From the NCBI GenBank assembly GCA_013265495.1, contig MU057666.1, forward strand, positions 133,481 to 153,480: 20,000 bases of DNA, in the 5' to 3' direction. Shown piece by piece: positions 1 to 10,778 of this stretch (positions are counted from its first letter, which is position 1; every line of letters starts with the position of its first letter). The notes beneath the pieces are model-generated. The model had not been told where the DNA came from and did not search any database. It saw only the letters and a program-made list of their open reading frames with translations. This DNA comes from Vicugna vicugna. Lineage: Eukaryota. The position numbers were made by a program, and so were the translations under genes.

Positions 1-1862
1 CCAGCTTAATACTCAGTGATGAAAAACTTAAAATCTTCTCATTAAGTTCTGGAACAAGACAAGGATGAACACTCTCACCACTTCTATTCAGCATAGTCTT
101 GGAAGTCCTAACCATAGCAGTCAGGCAAGAAAAAGAAATAAAAGGGATCTAAATTGGAAAAGAATAGGCAAAACTGTCACTATGTGTGGATGACATGATA
201 CTATATATAGAAAACTCTAAAAGTTCCACACAAAAACTACTAGAACTGGATAAAAGAATTTTGCAAGGTAGCAGGATACAAGATTAACATAAAGAAATCA
301 GTTGCATTTATTTATACTAGTAATGAATTAGCAGGAAAAGAAGATAAAGAAACAATCCCTTTTAAAATTGCATTCAAAACAATAAAATACTTAGGAGTAA
401 ATCTGACCAAGGAGGTGAAAGACTTATTCATGGAGAACACAAAACATTGATTATGGAAATTGAAGATGACTTAAAGGAATGGAAAGATATCCCATGCTTT
501 TGGACTGGAAGAATCAATATTGTTAAAATGGCTATATTGCTCAAAGCAATCTACAGATTTAACTCAATCCCTATCAAATTACCCAGGACATTTTTCACAG
601 AATTAGAACAAATAGTCCTTAAATTTATATGGAATTACAAAAGACCCAGAATTGTCAAAGCAATATTGAAGAAAAAGAATGAAGCTGGAGGAATAACCCT
701 TCCAGACTTCAGACAATACTATAGAGTTACAGTAATCAAAACAGCACAGTAATGGCATAAAAACAGACATATGGATCAGTGGAACAGAATAGAGACCCCA
801 GAAATAAACCCACAGACTTATGGTCAGTTAATCTTTGACAAAGGAAGCAAGAATATACAATGGAGAAAAGACAGTCTCTTCAGCAAGTGGTGTTGTAAAA
901 CTGGACATCAGCATGTAAATCAATGAAATTAGAATATCTCCTCATTCACAAAAATAAGCTTAAAATGGCTTGAAGACTTAAGTATAAGACAAGACATGGT
1001 AAAGTTCCTAGAAGAAAACATAGGCAAAACACCCCCTGACATAAATCTTAGCAATGTTCTCCTAAGACAGGCTACCCAGGCAATAGAAATAGAGCAAAAA
1101 TAAACAAATTGAACCTAATTAGACTTATAAGCAAAGGAAACTTTAAGCAAAACAAAATGACAACTTACAGAATGGGAGAAAATATTTGCAAATGATGTGA
1201 CTGACAAAGGCTTAATTTCCAGAATATATAAACAGCTCATAAGTTTTAATAAGAAAAAAAAAAGCCCAATCCAAAAATGGGTAGAAGACCTAAACAGCAG
1301 TTTTCCAATGAAGACATACAAATAACCAATAGGCACATGGGGAAATGCTCAATACTACTAATTATCAGAGAAATGCAAATCAAAACTACAATGAGGTATC
1401 ACCTCACACCAGTTAGCATGGCCATCATTCAAAAATCCACAAATGATAAATGCTAGAGAGGCTATGGAGAAAAAGGAACCCTCCTACACTGCTTGTGGGA
1501 ATGTAGTTTGGGGAAGCCTTTATGGAAAATGGTATGGAGGGTCCTCAAAAAACTAAAAATAGACTTACCATATGATCCAGAAATACCACTTCTGGGTATA
1601 TATCCAGAGGAAACTCTAATTTGAAAAGATACATGCACCCCAATGTTCATAGAAGCACTATACACAATAGCCAAGACATGGAAGCAACCTAAATGTCCAT
1701 CAACATATGACTGGATAAAGAAGTTGTGGTATTTATACAACCTAATACTACTCAGCCATAAAAAAGAATAAAATAATGCCATTTGCAGCAACATGGATGG
1801 ACCTAGAGATTGTCATTCTAAATGAAGCCAGAAAGACAAAGCAAAATACCACATGATATCAA
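1..1862 (+). pseudogene. L1 ORF2 remnant (reverse transcriptase and C-terminal domain), disrupted
   Basis: ORF 447-752 is an in-frame fragment. Stop at 750-752, -1 frameshifts near 440, 895 and 1092, and an 11-bp deletion near 1130 relative to the copy at 12211-12250. Confidence 0.93.
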
Positions 1863-2202
1863 TCTTTAAAAAAAAAAAGGACACTATGAACTAATTTACA
1901 AAACAGACACAGACTCATAGACATTCACAGACATTAGACATAGCAATCTTATGGTTACTGGGGAAAGGCAGTAGGAAGGGATAAATTTGAGAGTTTGAGA
2001 TTTGCATATATTAGCCACTATATATAAAAATAGATTTTAAAAAGTTTCTGCTGTATAGTACAGGGAACTATGTTCAATATCTTGTAATAACATTTAATGA
2101 AAAAGAATATGAAAAATGAATATATGTATGCATATGCATGACTGTGACATTGTGCACCAGAAACTGACACATTGTAACTGACTGTACTTCAGTTAAAAAT
2201 AA
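1..2202 (+). mobile_element. LINE-1, 3' part (ORF2 RT to C-terminus plus 3' UTR), degraded; continues left of the window
   Basis: Translations match L1 ORF2 (SGTRQG*TLSPLLF, VDDMILY at the RT F/YADD site, [44 protein letters not shown]). Multiple stops and frameshifts. The 3' UTR ends in ...ACTGACTGTACTTCAGTTAAAAATAA at about 2202. Confidence 0.97.
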
Positions 2203-3190
2203 GAGGTTGCATTCTGCGTTTTGCTTTCTATTGTATCAACTTTCTACATGGTATGTTCACAGAATTCTGGTCTTTCTACATAGAACCATCATCTACTTAT
2301 AACTGGAAAATACACCTCCAGGTAACAGCTTAGCTTTCCTTCTAAAAAGAGGTACATGAGTTAGACACAGTGCAAGGCAACATTACCCTTCTCAGTTGGA
2401 CTTTCTGTTGCCCTTAACTGACTTTTACTCCTCAAGCAAATCGTAAGAATAACAGATTCTACAGATGTCTATCTTGGTTTCAAACAGGAAATACAATTTT
2501 TGTCTTCTCAAACAGGTAACCTTAAGTATACACTTTTTAGAACTTATTGGGTGAAAGATGATTAACAGTAATTTAATTTTGCTTCCTAAGCTAGTTATAT
2601 AAAGCTACATGTTGTCTTTTTATATAAGTTCTGTCTACCCAAAAGATAGAAGGACACACTTCAGTAAGACTATATTACTTCTCAGTGTGAGAAATAAATG
2701 CAGCCAGATTAGTTTCATTCCTAAAGCAAATTTCATGAACCATGAACTTCAGTGAAAAGTATTCCTTACAAAGAGTTTACAATGAATACTTTTGAATATA
2801 TAAATATGACATGTGAGCATAATACTAGCTTTTTCCACAACAGGACTTTAGTCCTTTTAATTAGAAATTTCTTTAAATATTTCATTGTTTTATCTTTTCC
2901 TACTGACCTTTTGGAATTTTGGGCCAAAATTTAGCATTTTAAGTATTAATTTTATCACATTCATTGTCTCTAGCACAGGTCATAAGATTGATTTTTTAAA
3001 TCACAGCATATTAACTTATCTTTACTATAGGTTTTTATTGGTTTTATTGCTCACCCTTAAGTCTTTTTCAACCATTATTTCTGCCATTTTATTTTGATTG
3101 ATTCCTCAGAGAATATATTTGAGTGTTTTGACTTGTTAGATTTTTTTTTTTTTTAGGGAGGTTAAGTGGGCGCTACATTTTCAATGCCCT

Positions 3191-3858
3191 ATTTTTTTTT
3201 AAACTGAGATATAATTAATATAAAATGAAATGCAGAATTGTCACACATTCAGATGATAAGCTTTGGACAATTGTATAATATGTGTAACCACTACCAAAAA
3301 TAAGATGCCGAAGATTTGCACCATCCAGGAAGTTTCCTCATGCACTTCTCCAGCCCACTTTCCATTCCTCCCTCTCTTTTCCTCCTTCAACACCATTTAT
3401 TTCTATTGCCATAGATTGACTTCCCCTGAGTTTGGATTTCAAGTAAATGGAATCACATGTGAATACTCTTACCTGGCTTCCTAAACATTATATTTTTAGA
3501 TTCAACAATGCTATTGTGTATATCAAGAATTCATTCTATTTTCTTGTTAAAGAGCATTCCATTATATTAATATACTGCCATTTGTTCATCTAATTTTTTG
3601 TTGCTGGACATAGCATTGTTTCCAGTTTTTCAGTATTTTGAGTAAGGCTTCTGGAAATATTTTTACACAACCCTTTTTGTGGACATGTGTTTTCACTTCT
3701 CTTGGGTAAGTACCGAGGAATTAAATTGCTGGGCCATAAGGTAAGGTTAAACTTTATAAGAAATTTGCCAAACAACTCTGAAAAATGATTGTTCCACTTT
3801 ATGCTCCAACAAGCAGTGTACCAAGATTCCACATGCTACACATCTTTGCCAGTATTTA
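3191..3858 (-). mobile_element. Ancient L1M-type (L1MB/MC/ME-like) 3' end with decayed ORF2 C-terminus
   Basis: T-run followed by AAACTGAGATATAATT...TGTGTAACCACTACC...GAAGTTTCCTCATG, typical of an antisense old L1 3' UTR. Minus ORF 3590-3832 (IPRYLPKRSENTCPQK) is a degenerate ORF2 C-terminal frame. Subfamily not resolved. Confidence 0.8.
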
Positions 3859-3864
3859 CTCTTA

Positions 3865-4528
3865 TAATGCATCCCATGACAATTGTAATAGTTGCCTGAT
3901 TGTTCTACCTTTCAGTTTTACTTTTTAATTTTCTCCCACTCTAACTGATCCTACATGGTTTTTCAAGGCTTGCTGTCCTCAGGCTCAACTTGAGTGAAAT
4001 AATACTCAGCTTACATTCTTTCAGTGGTATCCCAGTCACCACCTTAGCCTGACAATGAAAGTTCTTGGAGAGCTGGCCCTTACTTAAATTCTAATTTTAT
4101 CTCCCAATCTCTAATACATAAGTTCTACTGGATACATTCCAGCCAGACTAGCTTTCCCTAAACCTGCTGAAAGATTTCCTGCCTCTCTGCTTTTTTTCAT
4201 GCTGTTCTCTACCCTTAAGTTGTCCTGACATCTCCTATCTCCATAGATGGCCCATTCCCCAGGATTCAGCTCAGGTTGTAACTTTCTAAGACATCCACTC
4301 CCACAAACATGACATTGAACTTCAGAATCCCCTTAGAATTTGGTTTTTGCCTTTGTTCTGGGATCTTCCACTTTCACTTCTTATTATAGTTCATTTTCTC
4401 TATGCCTTTAGGTCCTTTCTCAGCTGCAAGCTCATTTGAAGGTGAGAACATGCTACATTCCATTCCTTCTCTGTTCACAGTGGGCCCTCAATAACTCTTA
4501 ACAGAAGGAAGGAATAAGTGGAGTGAGT
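3865..4528 (+). mobile_element. LINE-2 3' remnant
   Basis: Pyrimidine-rich L2-like blocks (TTTCCTGCCTCTCTGCTTTTTTTCATGCTGTTCTCT, AGGATTCAGCTCAGGTTG, CTGCAAGCTCATTTGAAGGTGAGAACATG) and an L2-type tail CTCAATAACTCTTAACAGAAGGAAGGAATAAGTGGAGTGA. Recognised from recalled consensus; boundaries approximate. Confidence 0.6.
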
Positions 4529-4671
4529 CGGACTGAAAATGGTGAATGCTGTTTACGACCAGTGGTGGGCATTCCCTTTCAATTGAATTTTACTTTGATG
4601 TCAGCTTATTTAAAATGAGTTATTCAGAGAGGTTATCAGATACACTCACCAGATACTACTGGTATAAAAAA

Positions 4672-4860
4672 CAGCAGAAATGGTAAAAGTATGGGTTTTG
4701 GGATCAGACAGACCTGTGTTTCTGTCCCATTTACCAGCTGTAAGACAGTGGGAAAGTCATTGAATACTTTGAGCTTAAAGTTTCCTCCTTTATCAAGTGA
4801 CAATCCATTGTCTTATTGTGACAATTACATGAAGTAAGTACTCAAAACATGTTAGATTTA
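4672..4860 (+). mobile_element. MIR SINE, degraded
   Basis: TGGTAAAAGTATGGGTTTTGGGATCAGACAGACCTGTGTTT...TTTACCAGCTGTAAGACAGTGGGAAAGTCATTGAA...TGAGCTTAAAGTTTCCTC follows the order of the MIR tRNA-like head and core. Confidence 0.75.
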
Positions 4861-6263
4861 TTGTCTTTTCTTTAATAGCATGATGTATTAAGGACAAAGT
4901 GAGTTACATAAAAACTGCTGGACTAGGTCCTCCCCTAAGCTTACCACGAGGAGGGTGACACATCATCCCTACTGTCCATGAAAGTGCCCCTTCCCAGCCT
5001 ACTAACCAAGCACTGAGAGAAGTGGGGGGCTCATAAGAAGTGTGGGTGTCAGCCTGGGGAAGCAAGTGTTCATGACAGTGATGCTTTCCCATCTCCAGAG
5101 CCAAGTGATGGGGTTTCTGAGAAAACTGATTGTAAGGACTAGGGGTGCCTACAAAAGTGAAAGGCTGGATCTCTTCCCCAGATGGACATCTCCCCAGGCC
5201 AGAGGGCTGGCCTATCTGCCCCAGCCTAACTGAAGAGGGAGAGAAAAGACAAGGCAGCAGGATAGAAAGCAAAGACCACTGGTGGAGAGACTGGCACACC
5301 CACAACTGGAATGCAGAGTTGCCCACAGCAGCATGACAGCAAAGAGCCAGTTTTGTGTCATCTTATCAAATCTCCACTGAAGATAATTGCTTTAGAGAAA
5401 AGGCTGCCTATCAGTAACAGCGTGTGGAATTTTTCACCAGGAAAGGAAGATAAGAGGAAAGGGGTTGAAGAGAGCTATCATATCAGCAAATTGAGTAGTT
5501 GGGAGACCTCAATAAGGCTTTCAAAATATTTTATGCACGCAATCTGTGAGAGAGCCGGCGCTGGAAAGTCTTTGTGCTGGTGGCCAGTCCGTGGTAGGTC
5601 AGAATCAGTGGCCACTGCAGAGAAACCATGACAAACTCACCTAATAAAAAGGCTTTTTAACCATTTTCCCTATTTCCTTCTTCCTCACCCAACGTCAGAG
5701 TAGCTCTCAGCTAGAAGAGGACCATGAGCAATCCCAGATGTCAACTGTGTCTTCCCATCCACAAGCTCCAAGGTGTCAGAGTAGAAGAAAGGAAAAGAAC
5801 ACAATCTGGTCCATCCTGAAGTTGGAACCTTAGCTTGGAGAAAAGGAGAGGCGACATTTAAATAGATTTTTAGATTAAAAATTTTTAAGGAATCTTGGTA
5901 ATTGAAAGTGAATAGAAAGTCATTAAATCCACCCAAGACGCATCTAAAAGAATAGATAAGGGAAGCCAGCAACGCTCCAAGGAAAATAATAGTATGGGAA
6001 ACAGGAAAAAAAAAAAAAACTTTTATTTTTACCCCACTATGTTGAGATATAACAAACTGGGCAAAAATGCATTCCGAATAATTAAATGTTTGTAAATTGC
6101 CATTGCAAGCAGTCAATACTGCTATACACAGAAATTTAAAAGGTTTCACTGTAAGTTACCTACACAGTATAAACACTTTTAAGTGATGTCCGAAGAAGAG
6201 AATGTATTCTCATATGAATTTTGGCAGGCCTTTTTGTCTGCGTTGGAGCCGGTTTTCATCCGG

Positions 6264-6790
6264 TGAGGCAGATTCTGCTAGCTACCTCCCAACAGCCTTG
6301 ATAACAGAGCCCTGTTTTATTCGAGTCTGGGGTAGTGTCCTGCCCCTGGGGATGGTTCTAACCCATCTACACCTATCGTGGTTGTCCCAGCTCCTCTTGC
6401 TGGTGACCTTTCCAGGACCCGGGAGGGAGCTGGAAGGCTATATCTGCTGGGAGGTGTCTAGAAGAGGTTATTTCTGCCCTCACAAAAATCCACCAGAGTG
6501 GGGGTAGTGGGTGGAAGCAGTCCCTCGCCCTCTTTTTTGTCGTCTTTGTTGCTGGGCCAGAACGTGATTCTTGGAGCTTCCGCAGGCATCTTGCATCGAC
6601 GAGGGAAGTTCTGATGACACACTGGAGGAGAACGGGCTGTAGGAAGGAAGGCCATTTGCCCCCGCGAACGCATCGCTGAGCCCGCTCTGGAGTCCGCTCG
6701 GCGGCCCTGTCGCGAGGCAGGTGCGCGGCGTTCTCTCGGCGGCAGGACGGCGGGTGCCGCCCTTGCGCAGGAAGCAGGCGGGTTCTCGGC
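6264..6790 (+). mobile_element. MLT1-family (ERVL-MaLR, MLT1J/K-like) LTR; 3' boundary uncertain
   Basis: Starts TGAGGCAGATTCTGCTAGCTACCTCCCAA, then TAACAGAGCCCTGTTTTATTC, TCTGCTGGG, ACGTGATTCTTGGAGCTTCCGCAGGCATCTTGC..GAGGG and CATCGCTGAGCCCGCT, colinear with the MLT1J/K consensus as I recall it. Similarity fades into the CpG island after about 6690. Confidence 0.65.
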
Positions 6791-6880
6791 CCAGCCCAGG
6801 GGCCTCGGGGCTCCGCGAGGCGGTGGGAAGGGGGGGCGGCTCCTCCTGAGGCTGCAAACTGCGGTGAGTGAGGGGCGGCT
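6661..6880. promoter_or_regulatory. Small CpG island / probable promoter core (CpG-enriched shoulder about 6520-7210)
   Basis: Hand count of 28 CpG in 220 bp in an otherwise strongly CpG-depleted window. Two GGGGCGGCTC GC boxes (6833-6842, 6872-6881), an ETS-like CAGGAAG (6768-6774), and a TCGCGA palindrome (6710-6715). Confidence 0.8.
6861..6869 (+). other. Candidate first-exon splice donor GCG|GTGAGT (exon ends 6863)
   Basis: Near-consensus 5' splice site at the 3' edge of the CpG island, the usual position of a first-exon donor. A second, weaker donor AAG|GTAATA lies at 6902/6903. Confidence 0.5.
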
Positions 6881-7498
6881 CTTTGAAGTGCCAGAGTTCA
6901 AGGTAATAATGGAGATTTACTTAGTGCTCGACATCCAGACAGTCTTCACCTTCTTAGAGACATGAAGGCGAGGATCTCACCCATGAAGAGCTTCCAGCGG
7001 CCGCTGTAGTCACTGTACTTGTCCCTGAGGGTTTTAGGAATCTCTAAGTTCTCCCTCAACTGACAGAAAAAAGAAACTTTATTTCGTAGGCAGGAAACTT
7101 CCGAGGTGACTAAGCTTGGCCTGACATCTGGTGGCTGACTGCGAAATAGGCGCTTCTCTGGGAAGTGACTCCCGCAGGTGGAGAACGCGTGGGAAGAGCG
7201 GTGCCCTGAGACTAGAGAATAATAAAACCCATTTTTTTTTCCGGATTGTATAGTGATATTATTTAATTGAATTTAAAGGCTAAAATTTATTTTTGACTAA
7301 TCTAAGCGACACAAGTAAAATCTACCCCCCAAAATGACTTTGTGTCCAATTAATTTCCAGTATATGGGAGGTCCCCTTTCCTGTTCAGTGCTTCTCCTGT
7401 GGGTGCCAACAGGTGTTTCTGGGGACTCCAAGGAGTGCTAGAAAGTTCCTCAAGCCCACCTGTGCCCCTCGCACCTCATGCTCCAGGCTCAGGCTCAG

Positions 7499-7560
7499 TT
7501 CCCTCCATCTCCTCCTGCTGGTCTCTGCCCCCTTTCCCACGCTGTCCTTACTCTCTCAGG
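7499..7560 (+). other. Candidate splice acceptor (long polypyrimidine tract, CAG|G, AG at 7558-7559)
   Basis: About 58 nt of AG-free, C/T-rich tract ending CTTACTCTCTCAG|G. Confidence 0.4.
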
Positions 7561-8169
7561 TCTGTCCTGCCAAAGAATGTGGACAAAGGTGATCCCGTCC
7601 ATCATAACTTACAGGGGCTGTGAATGAGACTTTCCTGACACTTGAGGATAACTTACGGACACTGCCTTGAACAAAGGGGAAAATTTAAATTCCATTTTTC
7701 TAGAATTCATCAGCTGCCGCCCTTTCCCTTTGATTTCTGTACTGGCCATAGCTCCTGGTGTGATGCCAGGTACTGGGGCCTGTGCTCTGTCCCCAAAAAA
7801 GTGCAAGTTTTTGATGCCCTCCAGGATGGGAGGCCCTGAACACTGCCTCTGGTCCCCATGTGAGGCGGTGAAGCATGAATTTCCATCACATAAGCTCTTC
7901 AGTCATGGCCCTGCCCACAGCCATGCTGGTCATGTGTTTAAACATAAGGAACCTATCATCTCATTTTGAAGCATTTGGATTCAGGTTGGATTTCGTTGCC
8001 AATGTTCAGTTACCCAAAGAATAATGGGGCATTGTTTGTTATACCTGTCATGACACAAGTAGTTCAGAAAGATGATTCTTTTCAAAACCAAATGAGTCTA
8101 TACTGATCCTTAATTCTTTTTATTAAACAAAATGCTAAGTAACTTATTACAATTTTTATTTTAATTCTT

Positions 8170-8260
8170 ACAAATTCTTAACAATTCTGGGATGATTATT
8201 ATTTAAATTTTACAGTTGAGAAAACTAAGGACAAAGTGGAACTTGCCCTGATTCTCTCAA
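8170..8260 (-). mobile_element. MIR core remnant
   Basis: ATTATTATTTAAATTTTACAGTTGAGAAAACTAAGG...AACTTGCCC matches the antisense MIR core (ATTTTACAGATGAGGAAACTGAGG...ACTTGCCC). Confidence 0.6.
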
Positions 8261-8304
8261 AATCCCAAATTCTCACAATAACCCTAAATTCAGTGTTATT
8301 AATC

Positions 8305-9175
8305 TTATTTTTTAATTGACGTATAATCCCTGGTGTATAGCACAATATCCCATTCATGCATATACATACATATATTCGTTTTCATATTTTTTCCATTAAA
8401 GGTTATTATAAAATATTGAGCATAGTTCCCTGTGCTATACAAAAGAAACTTTTTTTTTAAATCTATTTTTATATATAGTGGCTAACATTTGCAAATCTCA
8501 AACTTCCAAATTTATCCCTCCCTTTCCCCAGTAACTGTAAGATTATCTATTATGTCTGCGAGTCTGTTTCTGTTTTGTAGGTGAGTTCATAGTGTCTTTT
8601 TTTTTTTAAAGATTCCACATGTGAGTGATATCATATTGGTATTTTTTCTTTCTCTTTCTGGCTTACTTTACCTAGAATGACATTCTCCAGGTCCATCCAT
8701 GTTGCTGCAAATGGCATTATTTTATTCTTTTTCTATGGCTGAGTAGTATTACGTTGTATAAATACCTTGACTTCTTTATCCAGTCATATGTTGATGGACA
8801 TTTAGATTGCTTCCATGTCTTGGCTATTGTGTATAGCGCTTCTGTGAACATTGGGGTGCATGTATCTTTTCAAATTAGAGTTCCCTCTGGATGTATACCT
8901 AAAAGTGGTATTTCTGGATCATATGGTAAGTCTGTTTTTAGCTTTTTGAGGAATCGCTGTACTGTTTTCCATAATGGCTTCACCAAACTGCATTCCCATC
9001 AGCAACGTAGGAGGGTTGCCTTTTCTCCCCACCCTCTCCAGCATTTATCATTTGTGGACTTTTGAATGAAGGCCATTCTGACTGGTGTGAGCTGATACCT
9101 CATTATAGTTTTGATTTGCATTTCTCTGATAATTAGTGATATTGAGCATTTCTTCATATGCCTGTTGTCCATTTG
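8305..9175 (-). mobile_element. LINE-1 3' segment (ORF2 C-terminus plus 3' UTR), same 3' UTR type as 1-2202
   Basis: Reverse complement aligns by eye with about 1320-2202 (e.g. ATTTGCAAATCTCAAACT, TATATATAGTGGCTAA). T-rich end at about 8305. Confidence 0.95.
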
Positions 9176-10300
9176 AAATCTATATTGCTACTTCTGCTTT
9201 TTTGTCATTTCCATTTGCATGAAGTATCTTTTTCCATCCTCTCACTTTTAATCTATGTGTGTCCTTCTCCCTAAAGTGAGTCTCTTGTGTGCAGCATATT
9301 GTAGGTTCTTATTTTATTATCCAGTCTGCCTCTCTATGTCTTTTGATTGGAGCAATTAGTCCATTGAGATTTATGGTAATTATTGATAGATGTGTATTTA
9401 GTGCCATTTTGAACTTAGTTTTCCAGTTGATTTAGTATTTCCTCTTTGTTCCTTTCTTTTCTTTTTCTTTTTGTGGTTTGATAATTTTCTTTTGTATTAT
9501 CTAGGTTTCTTTTTGGTTTTTGTGTCAGTATATATGCTTTTGACTTGTGGTTACCCTGTTTTTCAAGTATATTATATTATTACTATATCTGTTTGTTTTA
9601 AACTGACAGTCATATAACTCAAACATAAACTTAAAAAAAGGAAAAAAAATCTATATTTTCTTGCTCCCCTCTCCCACTGTTAATGATTTTGATGTCCTCT
9701 TTTACACCTTCATGTTTATTCTGTTACAACTCATTGTAGTTATCACCTTTCCAATTACGGTTTTCTCCTTTCTATAGTGTCCTGCTTCTTTTCTATTTAG
9801 AGTAGACCTTTCAATATTTATTTTAGCATAGGTTTAGTATTGCTGATTTTTTTTTAGTTTTTGCTTGTCTGCGAAATTCTTTATCTCTCCTTCTATTCTA
9901 AAGTATAGTCTTGCTGGATAGAGTATCCTAGGTTGCAACATTTTCTCATTTGGAACTTTGAATATATCTTGCCACTCCCTCTGGCCTGCAGTGTTCATGT
10001 AGAGAAATCAGCAGAAAGCCTTATGGGGGTTCCCTTGTAACTAAGTCTTTATTTTTCTCTTGCTGCCTTTAGAATCATTTCTTTGTCTTTAACCTTGGCC
10101 ATCTTAATTATAATATGTCTCAGTGTAGGTCTATTTCAGTTCTTCTCTTTGGGGACCCTCTGTGCCTCCTGTACATGGATGTCTGTTTCCTTCTTTAGGC
10201 TTGGGAAGTTTTCAGTCATGATTTCTTCAAATACCTTTTCAATCCCCTCTTCTCTTTCTTCTCCTTCTGAGACCCCTATTATGTGTAGGTTGGTGTGTTT
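9176..10300 (-). mobile_element. LINE-1 segment: 3' half of ORF1 (10300-9797), ~390-bp inter-ORF spacer, ORF2 endonuclease N-terminus (ATG at 9407 down to 9176)
   Basis: Minus translation gives KHTNLHIIGVSEGEEREEGIEKVFEEIMTENFPSL (ORF1) ending ...ILKGLL*, and MALNTHLSIITINLNGLIAPIKRHREADWIIK*EPTICCTQETHF...KVRGWKKILHANG (ORF2 endonuclease). Confidence 0.93.
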
Positions 10301-10777
10301 TCCAGTCCCCTGAGGCTGCCTCTGTGAAGTTGGCCTGAGTCCTCTGCCCAGCTCATGCAGCCAGTCCCTGCCCACTCTGCTGGCTCACCTCTAGGGATGG
10401 GGATTGCAGGGCCCCTCTGTGCCCATTTCACTTAGCTTTGTCATCCAAGGGCTGCTGTGCACAGATCTAAACCTCAGAGGCTCCCCCTTCACACCTGCTG
10501 ACCTCTCCATTGGAGAGAAGGAGTCCCAGCTTAAAAGTGCTCATCTCTTTGCTACTTCCTCCCTGCAGGACAGGTCCCACTAATTTCTTTCTTCTTCTTC
10601 TTTTTTTTCTCCTATCAGATTTATGAAGAATTTTGTCTTTTGAAGAAGGCGATGTTCTGTCAAAGTTCAGCTGGTGTTCTGAGTGCTTGAGTGGGTCTGT
10701 GGATGTCTCTCTTGGTGTATTCATGGTAGAGGGTGAGCTAAGAGCATCCTTCTACTCCACCATATTGGCCACTCTCC
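10301..10777 (-). mobile_element. LINE-1 5' UTR (first ~480 nt), CpG-decayed
   Basis: Minus strand begins GGAGAGTGGCCAATATGGTGGAGTAGAAGG and is colinear with the 5' UTR at 19625-20000. Confidence 0.88.
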
Positions 10778-10778
10778 A

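Noticed and set aside
1158..1160. Same TGA stop at the K-R-Q position in the copy at 1-2202 and the young copy (16249-16251)
   Set aside because: The third copy has CAA there, indicating an ancestral CGA with independent CpG decay, so it is not a shared lesion.
1909..1943. Threefold AGACAT micro-duplication in the L1 3' UTR
   Set aside because: Ordinary slippage within a dead repeat.
2263..2326. Possible small plus-strand exon (EFWSFYIEPSSTYNWKIHLQ, CAG|GTAACA)
   Set aside because: Weak acceptor, no recognisable homology and no partner exons; chance-level signal.
6186..6268. Short plus frame MSEEENVFSYEFWQAFLSALEPVFIR ending at a CCG|GTGAGG donor
   Set aside because: It looks protein-like but is only 26 codons, is unrecognised, lies upstream of the island, and the donor overlaps the LTR start. 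Not supportable without a homology search.
6708..6717. TGTCGCGAGG resembling the BANP/ZBTB33 TCTCGCGAGA motif
   Set aside because: Two mismatches in ten within CpG-rich DNA; too weak to call a site.
6458..6901. Minus ORFs of 147 and 125 aa across the CpG island
   Set aside because: GC-rich sequence is stop-poor. The products are Pro/Arg/Ala-rich with no recognisable domain, and part of the span is LTR-derived.
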